Origin: Bacteroidales bacterium
GTDB lineage: Bacteria; Bacteroidota; Bacteroidia; Bacteroidales; VadinHA17
Length of the DNA stretch: 64,000 nt
Assembly (NCBI GenBank): GCA_024762655.1
Contig: JANTHB010000001.1
Span: 20,015-84,014, forward strand
Direction: 5' to 3'
Both the position numbers and the translations under genes were made by a program. The notes under the pieces are model-generated. The model saw only the letters and a program-made list of their open reading frames with translations. It ran no database searches and was not told where the DNA came from. This document shows, in pieces, positions 21,237 through 31,375 of this stretch. Numbering within the stretch: position 1 is the first letter of the stretch; every line of letters begins with the position of its first letter.

Positions 21237-22747
21237 GCGGGGTGATGGTTAATCTTTTTTTTATGTAAGAAGAAGTGAGTAAAACGATCTATCAGTCTGC
21301 GAAAAAAGTGACTGTACGCATCGGGACTCATGATGGCTGCATCGTTGGTGGATTTATATGTCAGATATATTCCTATCGGCAAAAGAATGAAAGTGGAGAT
21401 CCACATGCCGGAAAAAGGGCTCCACACATCTTCCCTGACGAATTTCTCCCCTGACATGGAGATGATATAATAAAATACAAAAAACACTACAGATATGGTA
21501 ATGGGCATGCCCAGCCCTCCTTTTCTGATGATGGCTCCCAGAGGAGCGCCAATGAAGAAAAAGATAACGCAGGCAAAGGACAACGTAAACTTCCGGTGCC
21601 ATTCAATCTGGTGGCGCCTGATCCATTTGATCTGCGCTTCGATAACCCTCTGAACACTTCGTATGTAATCATAGGAGATCGTTGCGTCCGTAACTCCTTC
21701 GTCGATGACATTCTGTTGTTCCGGCATACTGAGCTTGGAGATAGCCTGCCAGATATCAAAGCGGGCAGCTTTCAGGCTGTCGGGCCGGGGTTTTTTAGAC
21801 AAAGAATCTGTCTTATCGTATTTGGAAAACGTGTAGGCGTATTTAAAACATTGCTTCTTAATGGTTGTTTTAAACAGAGCTTTTCTGTTATCCAGTTGCC
21901 GGTTGAGGGAATCGATAAAATGCTGTAATTGCGAAAGGTTCAACATGGAATAGTTGTTCTTGAAAAGATTCTCATCCGTTCTTTTCAGACCAAAACCGGT
22001 TAATTTGATTACCAGGATCTGCTCGGAAAAATAATCCTGCCGGAAAGGGTAGGTCTTGTTTTTTCTGTAAACAGGGCGTTTCTCGTTTTTTAGGATTTCC
22101 TCGTAGGACTGTCCGTGGTACAGATTGAAGATCAGGTCTTCCTTGTTGGGGGTGATAATCATCTTTCCGGAATCGGCATAGGTGACGGATATATTTCCTT
22201 TTTTGGCTGAATGGTCATAAATGAGAATATGGTACAACGTGTTGGTCTTGAAATCCTTCCTTCCGATCTTTATACTGTATCCATCAATGCCGTTGTAAAA
22301 TTCTCCTGCTTTTATATTTAGCTCGGGTCTTTGTCTTTGGATATCCCAGAGAAGGGATCTGGATTTCAGGTTGGCAATGGGTAAGATATTATTGGCAAAA
22401 TAAAAAGCAAAAACAGTCAGGAAAATCATCAGATAAAATACGGGGAGCATGATTCTCTGTAAGGGGATTCCCGATGATTTCATGGCCGTCAGTTCAAAGC
22501 GTTCGCCAAAATTCCCGAAGGTCATCAAAGCAGCCAGAAGGATGGCCAGCGGAAGGGCCATGGGCACGAAGCTGGCAGCCAGGTAAAAAAGCAACTCAGC
22601 CAGTACATTGAAATGGAGCCCTTTCCCTACCAAATCGTCAATATATTTCCACAGGAACTGCATGATCATCAAAAACATGACGATAAAGAAGGTGAGCACC
22701 AAAGGCCCCAGGAAAGATTTTAAAATATACCGGTGAAGTCGTTTCAT
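21233..22747 (-). CDS. LptF/LptG (YjgP/YjgQ) family permease
   Basis: 504 aa. Typical N-terminus MKRLHRYILKSFLGPLVLTFFIV, three N-terminal TMs, a large periplasmic insert and three C-terminal TMs. Confidence 0.8.
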   Translation of the reverse strand: MKRLHRYILKSFLGPLVLTFFIVMFLMIMQFLWKYIDDLVGKGLHFNVLAELLFYLAASFVPMALPLAILLAALMTFGNFGERFELTAMKSSGIPLQRIMLPVFYLMIFLTVFAFYFANNILPIANLKSRSLLWDIQRQRPELNIKAGEFYNGIDGYSIKIGRKDFKTNTLYHILIYDHSAKKGNISVTYADSGKMIITPNKEDLIFNLYHGQSYEEILKNEKRPVYRKNKTYPFRQDYFSEQILVIKLTGFGLKRTDENLFKNNYSMLNLSQLQHFIDSLNRQLDNRKALFKTTIKKQCFKYAYTFSKYDKTDSLSKKPRPDSLKAARFDIWQAISKLSMPEQQNVIDEGVTDATISYDYIRSVQRVIEAQIKWIRRHQIEWHRKFTLSFACVIFFFIGAPLGAIIRKGGLGMPITISVVFFVFYYIISMSGEKFVREDVWSPFSGMWISTFILLPIGIYLTYKSTNDAAIMSPDAYSHFFRRLIDRFTHFFLHKKKINHHPA

Positions 22748-22813
22748 AAAAGAAGATATTCTTTCTATGGGAACGAATGCAAAAGTAAGATATTTTTGCA
22801 GCCTGGAAAAGGT

Positions 22814-23191
22814 TTATAAACCGAGGTTCCTTTTTAATTCTGAGATCTGTGAATTCCAAAGATCCACAGCGTCATCTTTCTCGTCTTCTTCTGCAAAATC
22901 GGTAACCATGAGCGCCAGGTCTTTGGTCAGCTCATCAATATTGATGCGGAATTCGAAATAAGATTTCGGATCTTCATCGTCCACCCAGTGAAAACGTACG
23001 TATTTATTGTCTTTGAGGCCTGTAAGTCTGGCTTGCTGTTCTGTCCCTTCCCAAACGAAGGTAAACACATCCCCATTCACATATACATCGTCGGCAAACC
23101 ACTCGCACAGCCCTCCCGCCGTACTCAGACGGTTAAACAAAACCGATGGTGACGTATTGATCGTGTATTCCAGCTCATATTTTGTTTTCAT
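22814..23191 (-). CDS. START-like / SRPBCC (AHSA1-like) small protein
   Basis: 125 aa. The N-terminal pattern ELEYTINTSPSVLFNRLSTAGGLCEWF matches the SRPBCC ligand-binding fold family as I recall it. Confidence 0.55.
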   Translation of the reverse strand: MKTKYELEYTINTSPSVLFNRLSTAGGLCEWFADDVYVNGDVFTFVWEGTEQQARLTGLKDNKYVRFHWVDDEDPKSYFEFRINIDELTKDLALMVTDFAEEDEKDDAVDLWNSQISELKRNLGL

Positions 23192-23410
23192 GCGTTCTCA
23201 GTTTTTATTGACCCTTGTAAAGTATGATCATCCCTAATTCATAGTTTGAACTCTGCCAACACCGCTTTATCCGGCACAAAAATAAGTTTGCATGCAATAT
23301 AAAAAAAAAACGGTAATAAAAAACAGTTTGAGGTTGTTTCCCCCGGATGAAATCTGCAAAGAGTTGGATATTTTCTGTTTTAACCGGGATTGGAATTAAA
23401 CCGAAAATTG

Positions 23411-23418
23411 TATATTTG
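23411..23418 (+). promoter_or_regulatory. Bacteroidota -7 promoter element (TAnnTTTG) for the tRNA gene
   Basis: tatatttg matches TAnnTTTG, 29 nt upstream of the mature tRNA 5' end. Confidence 0.5.
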
Positions 23419-23446
23419 CACCGCTTAAATGAAATGATTCGGAAAC

Positions 23447-23520
23447 GGCGAGGTAGCTCAGCCGGTTAGAGCGCAGGATTCATAATCCTGAGGTCGAGGG
23501 TTCGAGTCCCTCTCTCGCTA
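23447..23520 (+). tRNA. tRNA with CAT anticodon (elongator tRNA-Met, or tRNA-Ile2 if lysidine-modified)
   Basis: 74-nt cloverleaf folded by hand. Acceptor ggcgagg/tctcgct (two G-U ends), D-arm gctc/gagc, anticodon stem cagga/tcctg with loop ttCATaa, T-arm gaggg-ttcgagt-ccctc, discriminator A. No encoded CCA. Confidence 0.9.
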
Positions 23521-23526
23521 CAGAAT

Positions 23527-23554
23527 CCCGTATTAATACGGGGTTTTATTTTTT
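23527..23554 (+). terminator. Rho-independent terminator after the tRNA
   Basis: Hairpin cccgta-ttaa-tacggg followed by ttttatttttt. Confidence 0.7.
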
Positions 23555-23558
23555 GGAG

Positions 23559-23587
23559 AAAAAAATACCCGTTTGAATAACGGGTAT
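23559..23587 (-). terminator. Rho-independent terminator after the DUF1987 gene (convergent with the tRNA terminator)
   Basis: 7-bp stem atacccg/cgggtat with a 9-nt loop. An A-run on the plus strand gives a T-run on the minus strand after the hairpin. Confidence 0.55.
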
Positions 23588-23619
23588 TTTCTTTTCTGTT
23601 CCGTGTGCATGTATTTTAT

Positions 23620-24000
23620 TTATTCCAGCACTTCAATCATCTTAAAGGGGACTTTCAACATGGTCCGGTAATCCTCTCCACATTCTTTCATATCATAATC
23701 GTCAACCTCGTAATACCAGTTGATGCGAACTTTCCCCTTTTTCTTAGGAATATCTTCCAGTTTTTTAAAAATTTGTAAAAACGTCTTGGAGGAGCTGGTA
23801 TTGAAATACTCCAGTTTAACATCCACTTCGGTCTCTTCCGGGGGGGAGCCGGCAAAATTCTCAAACCAGTTGAGAACGGGATTGAAAAAATCGCGGGGAT
23901 CTTCGGGTATGGATTTTCCTTTAATCTCAATCTTGTTCTTCTCCGGAATATAACGGATTCTGGGCGTTCTGGAGGTTTCCTCTATGTTTAGTGGCTCCAT
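23620..24000 (-). CDS. DUF1987 (SiaC-like) domain protein
   Basis: 126 aa. TPRIRYIPEKNKIEIKGKSIPEDPRDFFNPVLNWFENF and KLEYFNTSSSK match the DUF1987 family pattern from memory. Confidence 0.55.
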   Translation of the reverse strand: MEPLNIEETSRTPRIRYIPEKNKIEIKGKSIPEDPRDFFNPVLNWFENFAGSPPEETEVDVKLEYFNTSSSKTFLQIFKKLEDIPKKKGKVRINWYYEVDDYDMKECGEDYRTMLKVPFKMIEVLE

Positions 24001-24073
24001 ATTTCAGGCAAATGATTGACTGAACGAATATATAAAAAAAACAGATATTATTACGGGATTTTTGTCATAAATT

Positions 24074-25549
24074 TTACTTTTGATTTTCATAGTCTTCAAT
24101 GTTCCCGTGTGGTCTGCGGTTTTCCCCGGGCTGTCCGGTCAGATCGTCTCCCAGGTCTTTCCGGGCTTTCTCCACTTCTTTCATGATGTCTTCCACAACG
24201 TTCGGGTGTTGCTCAATGACGTTGTATCTTTCACCGGGATCCCGCCGAAGGTTGTACAAGGCCAGTCCTGTGGAATCTCTATTATAGGGGCCGGGGAACC
24301 CGTCATGACCCGGTAAAACACCTACATACGAGCGGTATTTATGCGGGAGCACCAGTTTCCAGTGTCCTTTTCTGACCGCTTCAAGACTGTTGCGCTGATA
24401 ATAATAGTAAAAAACGTGGCGCGGATTGGCTTCGGGGTCTCCTTTCATCAGGGGCAGGATATTCACCCCGTCGATAATATGGTCCGGCAATTTGGCTCCT
24501 GTGATAGCTGCCAGGGTGGGCAGGACGTCTATGGTAGAGGAGAGTTTGTTGCAGATGCTGCCTTCCGGGATCACCCCCGGCCAGCGCATGATGCAGGGCT
24601 CGCGCTGTCCGCCTTCCCAACTGGTTCCTTTCCCTTCACGCAGCCCCCCGGTAGAGCCGGCATGGTTGCCGAAGTTGAGCCACGGACCGTTATCGCTGGT
24701 ATAAATCACCAGTGTATTATCACGCAGGTGATATTTATCCAGGGCTTTCATGATCTCTCCCACCGACCAGTCCACTTCCATCATAACATCTCCGAAAAGT
24801 CCCTGTTTGCTTTTGCCTTTGAACTTTTCCGATACACCCAACGGAACATGCACCATCGAATGGGCTACATACAGGAAAAAGGGTGCATTATGGTGCTGGT
24901 CAATAAACTTGACAGCCCGCTCTGTATACATGGTGGTCAGTTTCCCCTGATCATCGAGGGTGCGTATCTCCTCAACCTTTTTGTTCCCGTCAATGACAGG
25001 CAGAGGGGGATACTTTGACTTCCAGGGTTTTGAGGAATTTTTTGTCACGGGGGTACCGTCATAATCCACCGGCCACATATCGTTGGAATAGGGGAGTCCC
25101 AGGTAATCGTCGAAGCCATGCTGTAACGGAAGAAAAGGTTTCAGATGGCCCAGGTGCCATTTGCCCACCATGCCTGTAGCATACCCTTTTTGTTTCAGTA
25201 ACTGGGCAATGGTCATCTCTTTGTCGCTGATACCGATTTTTGCCCAGGGCATCAATGCTCCTGAAATACCAATCCTGTTAGGATAACATCCGGTAAGCAG
25301 GCCGGCCCGCGAAGCGCTGCAGACAGCCTGGGCTGCATAGAAATTGGTGAAACGCATCCCTTCCACAGCCAGTTTGTCGATGTTGGGCGTGTTATAGTCA
25401 ATGGCTCCATTGGGGCCGATGTCACCATACCCCTGATCATCAATGAAAATAATAACTACATTGGGAAGGGAGTTCTTTTTTTCTGTTTTACATGATGAGA
25501 TAAAAATCAGAACCAGGACAAGAAATGAAAGAGGCCACAAACGTTTCAT
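24074..25549 (-). CDS. Secreted sulfatase (formylglycine-dependent, arylsulfatase A / GALNS-like)
   Basis: 491 aa. Signal peptide, metal-binding FIDDQGYGD, formylglycine motif CSASRAGLLTG and GKWHLG block. Confidence 0.88.
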   Translation of the reverse strand: MKRLWPLSFLVLVLIFISSCKTEKKNSLPNVVIIFIDDQGYGDIGPNGAIDYNTPNIDKLAVEGMRFTNFYAAQAVCSASRAGLLTGCYPNRIGISGALMPWAKIGISDKEMTIAQLLKQKGYATGMVGKWHLGHLKPFLPLQHGFDDYLGLPYSNDMWPVDYDGTPVTKNSSKPWKSKYPPLPVIDGNKKVEEIRTLDDQGKLTTMYTERAVKFIDQHHNAPFFLYVAHSMVHVPLGVSEKFKGKSKQGLFGDVMMEVDWSVGEIMKALDKYHLRDNTLVIYTSDNGPWLNFGNHAGSTGGLREGKGTSWEGGQREPCIMRWPGVIPEGSICNKLSSTIDVLPTLAAITGAKLPDHIIDGVNILPLMKGDPEANPRHVFYYYYQRNSLEAVRKGHWKLVLPHKYRSYVGVLPGHDGFPGPYNRDSTGLALYNLRRDPGERYNVIEQHPNVVEDIMKEVEKARKDLGDDLTGQPGENRRPHGNIEDYENQK

Positions 25550-25591
25550 GATAATATGTTTTTAAGTTTACAGGTAAAATTAGTCTTTTTT

Positions 25592-27406
25592 TCATTTGTT
25601 TCCTGTTGCTTTCTCAAGTTTTTTCATTATCAGAAAGATAAACCCTGCTGAGAGCAGGCTGGTAGTGACAAAGATTAGCCAAAGCTCCCATAGTTCGATC
25701 TTGTTCCATAGTGTGCTACCTATAAAAAGGAGTTTATTGCCTACAGCAGTGGCGAGTAGCCATCCTCCCTGCATGACTCCCTGAAAACGCATGGGTGCAA
25801 CTTTCGAGACAAAGGAAAGTCCCATGGGGCTCAGAAACAGTTCGGCAATGGTCATTACCAGGTAAGTGGACATGAGCCAGTAGGGGGTCACCCTGGATGA
25901 ATCGGGGACCGGTTTGTATTTTATGACCCCGGAGGCGTCCGTGATCTGGAGATCATGGGGTGAAACAAGATGAAGTGAAGCGATGACCATAATCAGGAAA
26001 CCCATAGCTGCGATGATCATGCCGATGCCTATCTTGCGGGGGGTGGAAGGCTCTTTTCCCCGTTCGCGAAGCCAGGAAAAAATACCTATTACCAGGAAGG
26101 TGAGCGCCACGATGAAAAGAGGATTAAAGCTTTGAAAAACTTCCGGGGCAATAGGGTTTTGCGGGGCTGCCTGGGTGTAGAAATAATAAGCAAAAGAACC
26201 GCCGCCGAGGGTGAAAAGAGCGCCGATCAGGCGCATGGTTCCGGTTCGTTTTTTACCCAGCAGAAGCACAAGGCCCGAAAGGAAGAAAATGACCGAGAGA
26301 ATATTTCTCAGAGTGAAAAAAAGATATGTGAAAGGCCCGACGGTTTTTACCGTATAATCACGGGCAAAGAAGGTAAGGGTAAGTCCGTTCTGATGAAAAG
26401 ACATCCAGAAAAAGATGACCACAAAGAATACCAACAAGAGGGAAACCACCCTTTCCCGCTCCTCTTTTTTAGCTAAGATAAAGATCCATGTCACGAATCC
26501 TACAAAGAGACCGATCGCCATACCTGTGGCGAAGTCTCTGACGAGGCTGATCAGGAAAGCTGCAAGGGCACCTGCTACGAGAGCCGCCGGAAGGGCTGCC
26601 GGTTTTTCACGGATGGTAATGGTCTTTTCACCCTTCTTTTTTTCCTTGTTGGGCAGGTGCTTGATAAAAAAGATATATACCAGCAGGGACAGCAACATAG
26701 CGCCGGCAGCTATCCCGAAAGCGTAGTTGTATCCACGGGAGAAGACCTCGAGATAGCTGGTGGCGAAATCATGAAGGTTGGACACCGTACCCCCCAGGTT
26801 GACTCCGTTGGCCAGAGACTGAAACGTGGTGACATCCTGGAGCGTACCGTCAAGATACTGATGACACAAGGCCGGCAGACTACCGTCATGCAGAAATCCA
26901 TTGGTTTTCAGCCACCAGTTGCGGACGCCCATGGCAGCAAAAGGTGCAAAGAATGCACCCACATTGATCCCCATATAAAAGATTAAAAAAGCATTGTCCC
27001 GGACCTTGTCATATTTCGGGTCGTCGTAAAGTTGTCCGACCACGGCCTGCAGGTTCCCCTTGAACAACCCGTTGCCAAAAGCGATGGTGAACAAACCTAT
27101 AATGGTGATGCTTAAAGATAAGCCGGGCATTGCCATAAGAAAATATCCGGCGAACATGATCACCTGTCCCATCATGATGATCAGCTTGTATTTTCTGCTT
27201 GCATCAGCGAGAATTCCTCCTACCAGAGCCAGTGCATAAATGGCAAAGTAGAACCAGCTGTATATACTGCCGGCCCTGTCCTCGGTAAGCCCGTATTTGG
27301 CCTGAAGAAACAAAACCAAAATAGCCATCATGGTATAGAAGCCGAACCGTTCTCCCATATTGGTGAAAAAAGCAACAAACAATCCTTTCGGGTGTCCTTT
27401 GAACAT
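25592..27406 (-). CDS. POT/PTR2-family di/tripeptide:proton symporter
   Basis: 604 aa polytopic protein. N-terminal PTR2 signature GHPKGLFVAFFTNMGERFGFYTMMAIL. Confidence 0.88.
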   Translation of the reverse strand: MFKGHPKGLFVAFFTNMGERFGFYTMMAILVLFLQAKYGLTEDRAGSIYSWFYFAIYALALVGGILADASRKYKLIIMMGQVIMFAGYFLMAMPGLSLSITIIGLFTIAFGNGLFKGNLQAVVGQLYDDPKYDKVRDNAFLIFYMGINVGAFFAPFAAMGVRNWWLKTNGFLHDGSLPALCHQYLDGTLQDVTTFQSLANGVNLGGTVSNLHDFATSYLEVFSRGYNYAFGIAAGAMLLSLLVYIFFIKHLPNKEKKKGEKTITIREKPAALPAALVAGALAAFLISLVRDFATGMAIGLFVGFVTWIFILAKKEERERVVSLLLVFFVVIFFWMSFHQNGLTLTFFARDYTVKTVGPFTYLFFTLRNILSVIFFLSGLVLLLGKKRTGTMRLIGALFTLGGGSFAYYFYTQAAPQNPIAPEVFQSFNPLFIVALTFLVIGIFSWLRERGKEPSTPRKIGIGMIIAAMGFLIMVIASLHLVSPHDLQITDASGVIKYKPVPDSSRVTPYWLMSTYLVMTIAELFLSPMGLSFVSKVAPMRFQGVMQGGWLLATAVGNKLLFIGSTLWNKIELWELWLIFVTTSLLSAGFIFLIMKKLEKATGNK

Positions 27407-27524
27407 AACCTGTTTTTTTTATGATGAATAACGGAAACTGTCAGTGACAAAAATAATTATCTTTTTTTACTGACAAAGAAACCGATGGAAGTATTATGAT
27501 ACGATCATTACCGAAAAATTATTT

Positions 27525-27546
27525 CCTACGTAGGCGCCTACGTAGG
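27525..27546. promoter_or_regulatory. Perfect 22-bp palindrome (two tandem CCTACGTAGG units), candidate operator
   Basis: cctacgtaggcgcctacgtagg reads identically on both strands. It lies ~120 nt upstream of the POT transporter start, in the divergent POT/nnr intergenic region. Confidence 0.35.
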
Positions 27547-27731
27547 TGCCGATTTGTAATTACCAGAATAACAATAATAAATAACTTCTTTCTGAAGGAG
27601 ATTCCCGGAAGAACATGAAAAAGCCTGCGGGGGTTGCTGATCCGGTTGCAGAAGTTAAATGCCATCCGGCGGGCTGTTTTTTTTGTTTCCCGGAAGGGAT
27701 TTCAGGTTTGTGAGATATTAACTGACTTTAT

Positions 27732-27739
27732 TACCTTTG
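27732..27739 (+). promoter_or_regulatory. Bacteroidota -7 promoter element (TAnnTTTG) upstream of nnr
   Basis: tacctttg lies 26 nt upstream of the ATG at 27765. Confidence 0.45.
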
Positions 27740-27764
27740 TATATCTTAACAAGGGAGGTGGATT

Positions 27765-29303
27765 ATGAAGCTTTTTCGAACAAGTCAGGTACACGCGATC
27801 GATGCCTATACGATCGAACACGAACCGATTGCGGACATTGATCTGATGGAACGGGCTGCAGGACAACTGTTCAAGTGGGTCACTGCACATTTCCCTCCTG
27901 AAAAGCAAGTGTTGGTTTTTACCGGGCCCGGAAACAATGGCGGGGACAGCCTGGCCTTGTCGAGGATGCTGACCGGAGCGGGTTATAAGGTAAAAGTGTA
28001 TCTCCTCCGGATAGGCGATCATCTGTCCCCAAGCTGCCAAACCAACCTGGAGAGGTTGAAAAAACTGGATCATGCTGATATTACATGGGTCAGGGATGAA
28101 AAAGAATTGCCGGACATCGGGAAAGAGGTCCTGGTGATAGACGGGATGTTCGGGTCGGGCCTGACACGGCCGTTGAAAGGCTTGCCCGAAAAAGCCGTTA
28201 AGAAGATCAATGAATCCGGCGCCACCGTTGTGGCCATTGACGTGCCTTCCGGGTTGTTCGGTGAGGATAACGGGGAGAATATCCCTGAGAATATTTTGCA
28301 GGCGGACTATACGCTGACATTCCAGTTCCCCAAACTTTCCTTTTTCTTTCCCGAGAACGAAGCCTTTACCGGTGAGTGGGTGGTGTTGCCGATAGGTCTT
28401 CATCCGGACATTATCGCCCGGGAACCTACACCTTACCATTACCTGACGCCGGAGGACATAACTCCTCTCATCAGAAAAAGAAAAAAATTCAGCCACAAGG
28501 GCACTTTCGGGCATGCGCTCCTTATTTCGGGATCGTGCGGGCGTATGGGGGCTGCGGTGCTTGCCTCGCGGGCCTGTCTGCGTGGAGGGGTAGGGTTGCT
28601 GACCACGCACATTCCCCGGCTGGGCAATGATATCCTCCAGACTGCCGTGCCGGAAGCCATGCTGAGCCGCGACCAGTCGGACATCATTTTCAGCGAGGTG
28701 CCTGATCTGACCCCTTACTCGGCGATTGGCGCAGGCCCCGCCCTGGATACACGGAACAATACACAAAAAGCATTGCTTCTCCTGCTGCAGAAAGCCTCCG
28801 TACCGCTGGTGCTGGATGCCGATGCCCTGAATATGCTGGCTCTTCACTCCGAATGGTACGGGGAATTACCGGAAAATACCATCCTGACTCCACACCCCAA
28901 AGAGTTCGAACGGCTTGCAGGACCGGCAAAGAACGGTTATGACCGGGTGCATAAAGCCATGGAATTTGCCGGGAAGTATGCTGTAATCGTCGTCCTGAAA
29001 GGAGCACATACGGCCGTTGCGACACCCGACGGGAATGTGTACTTTAACATGACGGGCAATCCCGGCATGGCTACGGCAGGGAGCGGCGATGTGCTTACCG
29101 GAATTATACTATCCCTGCTGGCACAACGTTATAAACCTTTGGAGGCTGCCTTGACAGGGGTATACGTGCATGGCCTGGCAGGGGATCTGGCCCTGAAAGA
29201 ACGCGGCGAAGAGGCCCTGATCGCTTCGGATATCATAGCGCATATGGGAGACGCCTTTTTAAATTTAAAAAAACAAATAAATGAAAGGATTCATGAATAT
29301 TAA
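27765..29303 (+). CDS. nnr: Bifunctional NAD(P)H-hydrate repair enzyme (epimerase / ADP-dependent dehydratase)
   Basis: 512 aa. YjeF_N half (FTGPGNNGGD) and carbohydrate-kinase-like half (GAGPALD, ATAGSGDVLTG). Confidence 0.92.
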   Translation: MKLFRTSQVHAIDAYTIEHEPIADIDLMERAAGQLFKWVTAHFPPEKQVLVFTGPGNNGGDSLALSRMLTGAGYKVKVYLLRIGDHLSPSCQTNLERLKKLDHADITWVRDEKELPDIGKEVLVIDGMFGSGLTRPLKGLPEKAVKKINESGATVVAIDVPSGLFGEDNGENIPENILQADYTLTFQFPKLSFFFPENEAFTGEWVVLPIGLHPDIIAREPTPYHYLTPEDITPLIRKRKKFSHKGTFGHALLISGSCGRMGAAVLASRACLRGGVGLLTTHIPRLGNDILQTAVPEAMLSRDQSDIIFSEVPDLTPYSAIGAGPALDTRNNTQKALLLLLQKASVPLVLDADALNMLALHSEWYGELPENTILTPHPKEFERLAGPAKNGYDRVHKAMEFAGKYAVIVVLKGAHTAVATPDGNVYFNMTGNPGMATAGSGDVLTGIILSLLAQRYKPLEAALTGVYVHGLAGDLALKERGEEALIASDIIAHMGDAFLNLKKQINERIHEY

Positions 29304-30423
29304 AATGTTGCTTGTGAAACGATCCATATATATTCTCTTTTTCCTTCCGGCATTAATCTTAACATCATGTTTTGGCCCCAAACCCATGGTTGAAAAGACT
29401 GTGAAAAATCTGGCACCCGGATCCCCGCTGCCCGGCAGGACTGTTTTATTTGCACTGCCACGTACCTCTCTGGTGGTAAGGGTGCAGGCCGTGAAAACGA
29501 CTTATGTCCCGGGACCGTTCCGGAAATATTCGGAAAAATACCTGGGTATAAAGCCGGAGGTGAACAAAAAACAAGCGCTCTGGAGCCTGAAAGAAGCTGG
29601 AATATCTTCTTATACCGAACCGGATCCGGCAAATTATTTCACGCTTACAACCAATGGGGTTCTTGCTGAAAATGCCCTGACGCTTACCCGAAAGGGGTTG
29701 ATCCTGGATGTGGCGCGTGCAACAGGGCAGGAAACACCGGCTTTTGAGGTGACCAGTGATGAACCTGACGGGAAACCTTACTTTACGGATCTGTCTGTCA
29801 AAAGAAATATTATAGAAAAAAAGGATACGGTCTACCGGACAGTGATGCATGACACCGGTTTTGTCCGGATTCCGGTGGTAAAGACCACCGAGTCACCCAT
29901 GACCCTGGATGAAAAAGCCGAAGCAGCAGCCAACTTTATTATCAAGATACGGAAACGGCGCTTTAAACTGATGTCGGGACAGTATGATACATATCCCCGG
30001 GATGAAGCCCTTGAATTTGCTGTAAAGGAAATGACACGCCTGGAAAATGAATACCTGGCTCTCTTTCTGGGCAAGAAAGTGCATCAAACCTGGTATTACC
30101 GTTTCCTTTTTACCCCCACCGATCCGGCTAAACAGCAGGTTTTGTTCCGTTTCTCAATGGAGACGGGGATTTGTCAGAATGACGGATGCAAAGGGATGCC
30201 GGTTTATTTTACCTGGACAACGGCAGGCAACGCTCCGGACCTGCCTTCCGGAACGGTTTCTGTGGCTGACAGCAGCAGAATTTATTACCGTATTCCGGAG
30301 TTAACCGATGTCCGTTTGAACTATAACGACCGGATTCTGGCACAGAAACATCTGTTTATTTATCAGTTCGGCCCGGTCCTTGAACTGGCGCCGAATGTTA
30401 TATTGGATAAGGCAGGGAAGTAG
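29281..30423 (+). CDS. Hypothetical lipoprotein (possibly DUF4831 family)
   Basis: 380 aa with a lipobox-like N-terminus (LPALILTSC). I recognise no catalytic motif and the family assignment is from memory only. The start is ambiguous (29281, 29293 or 29302). Confidence 0.5.
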   Translation: MKGFMNIKMLLVKRSIYILFFLPALILTSCFGPKPMVEKTVKNLAPGSPLPGRTVLFALPRTSLVVRVQAVKTTYVPGPFRKYSEKYLGIKPEVNKKQALWSLKEAGISSYTEPDPANYFTLTTNGVLAENALTLTRKGLILDVARATGQETPAFEVTSDEPDGKPYFTDLSVKRNIIEKKDTVYRTVMHDTGFVRIPVVKTTESPMTLDEKAEAAANFIIKIRKRRFKLMSGQYDTYPRDEALEFAVKEMTRLENEYLALFLGKKVHQTWYYRFLFTPTDPAKQQVLFRFSMETGICQNDGCKGMPVYFTWTTAGNAPDLPSGTVSVADSSRIYYRIPELTDVRLNYNDRILAQKHLFIYQFGPVLELAPNVILDKAGK

Positions 30424-30425
30424 TC

Positions 30426-30959
30426 CTATTTGATCTCGCTGATAAAATTCTTCTGATAATTTTCCCACGATTCCGTTTTGTAACTGTCCGTGGCGAAATA
30501 CTGCAAAATGGGTTCCAGGTTTTTTGCCGTGAAAAACCCGGGGACCACGGTCAGTAACTGGAATTTCTCGTCCAGATAAGCCACCGAAGGATACGCCATT
30601 TTTCCCTGAAGTAATGCCACTGCCAGTTGGTGTGGGCTGCGGGATGAGCTGCCGTCATTGACAAAAGTCTTCCCGGCGACGGTTACCGGATCTTTGGATT
30701 CGGCATTGAACTTGACCGGATAAAATCTGGAGTTGAGAATATGTGCTATGATGGGATCCATATACGTCGTCTGATCCATTTTTTTACACCATCCGCACCA
30801 GTCCGTATAAACATCAATGTAAAACTTACGGGGTTCGTTTTTATTCAGTTCCAACGCTTTTTGAATGGTCAGCCACTTTACGCCCTTCGTGTCTCCCTGA
30901 CTGAATACCTGTAAGGTAAAGGCTGCCAGAATGCCCGCTATTAGTAAGGTCCTTTTCAT
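30426..30959 (-). CDS. Secreted thioredoxin-fold protein
   Basis: 177 aa. Signal peptide and redox motif WCGWC. Confidence 0.75.
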   Translation of the reverse strand: MKRTLLIAGILAAFTLQVFSQGDTKGVKWLTIQKALELNKNEPRKFYIDVYTDWCGWCKKMDQTTYMDPIIAHILNSRFYPVKFNAESKDPVTVAGKTFVNDGSSSRSPHQLAVALLQGKMAYPSVAYLDEKFQLLTVVPGFFTAKNLEPILQYFATDSYKTESWENYQKNFISEIK

Positions 30960-31331
30960 AATCTCGTTCTTTAGTGAATCTATTTTTAAACCGCCTATTT
31001 TAAAAAAAATTAAGGTACAAAGGTATATAAATATTTAATTATATAGAATTGTTCAAAATAAAAGTTTGGTTTGATATTTATTCACCCCTTTCAGGGATGC
31101 CGGACCCATGGTTGCAGTACCCTCCTGATGCCGGGTCACCGGCAACAGGAGGGTTATTCATTATTCATGTATTGCCCCTCCCGGGGCAAAAGAATACATT
31201 ATCCCAGGTCGGAATTTACCCGGTACCCTGCCGCAGGCGGGTGTGCAATAGAAGATATTTTCGAAATCGCTATTGCGCAATCCCGGGATTATTTCCGGTA
31301 AATGCCAGGGTCCATCCTTCAAATCCTAAAG

Positions 31332-31375
31332 GTCCTGTGATGTCATCCACAGGACTATCTTTGCTTATTTTTCGT
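31332..31375 (+). terminator. Terminator-like hairpin plus T-rich tract inside a long non-coding gap
   Basis: 8-bp stem gtcctgtg/cacaggac with an 8-nt loop, followed by tatctttgcttattttt. There is no upstream CDS, so it could mark the end of an ncRNA. Confidence 0.3.

Noticed and set aside
23447-23520. Initiator tRNA-fMet.
   Set aside because: The anticodon stem is cagga/tcctg, lacking the three consecutive G-C pairs. Positions 1 and 72 pair (G-U) rather than showing the C-A mismatch, so it is an elongator-type CAT tRNA. Met versus lysidine-Ile2 cannot be resolved by eye.
27702-28847. 381-aa minus-strand ORF overlapping nnr.
   Set aside because: It is antisense to a clearly recognisable Nnr (YjeF_N + dehydratase motifs). 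Its translation is R/Q/G/P-rich with no motifs, so it is a typical shadow ORF.
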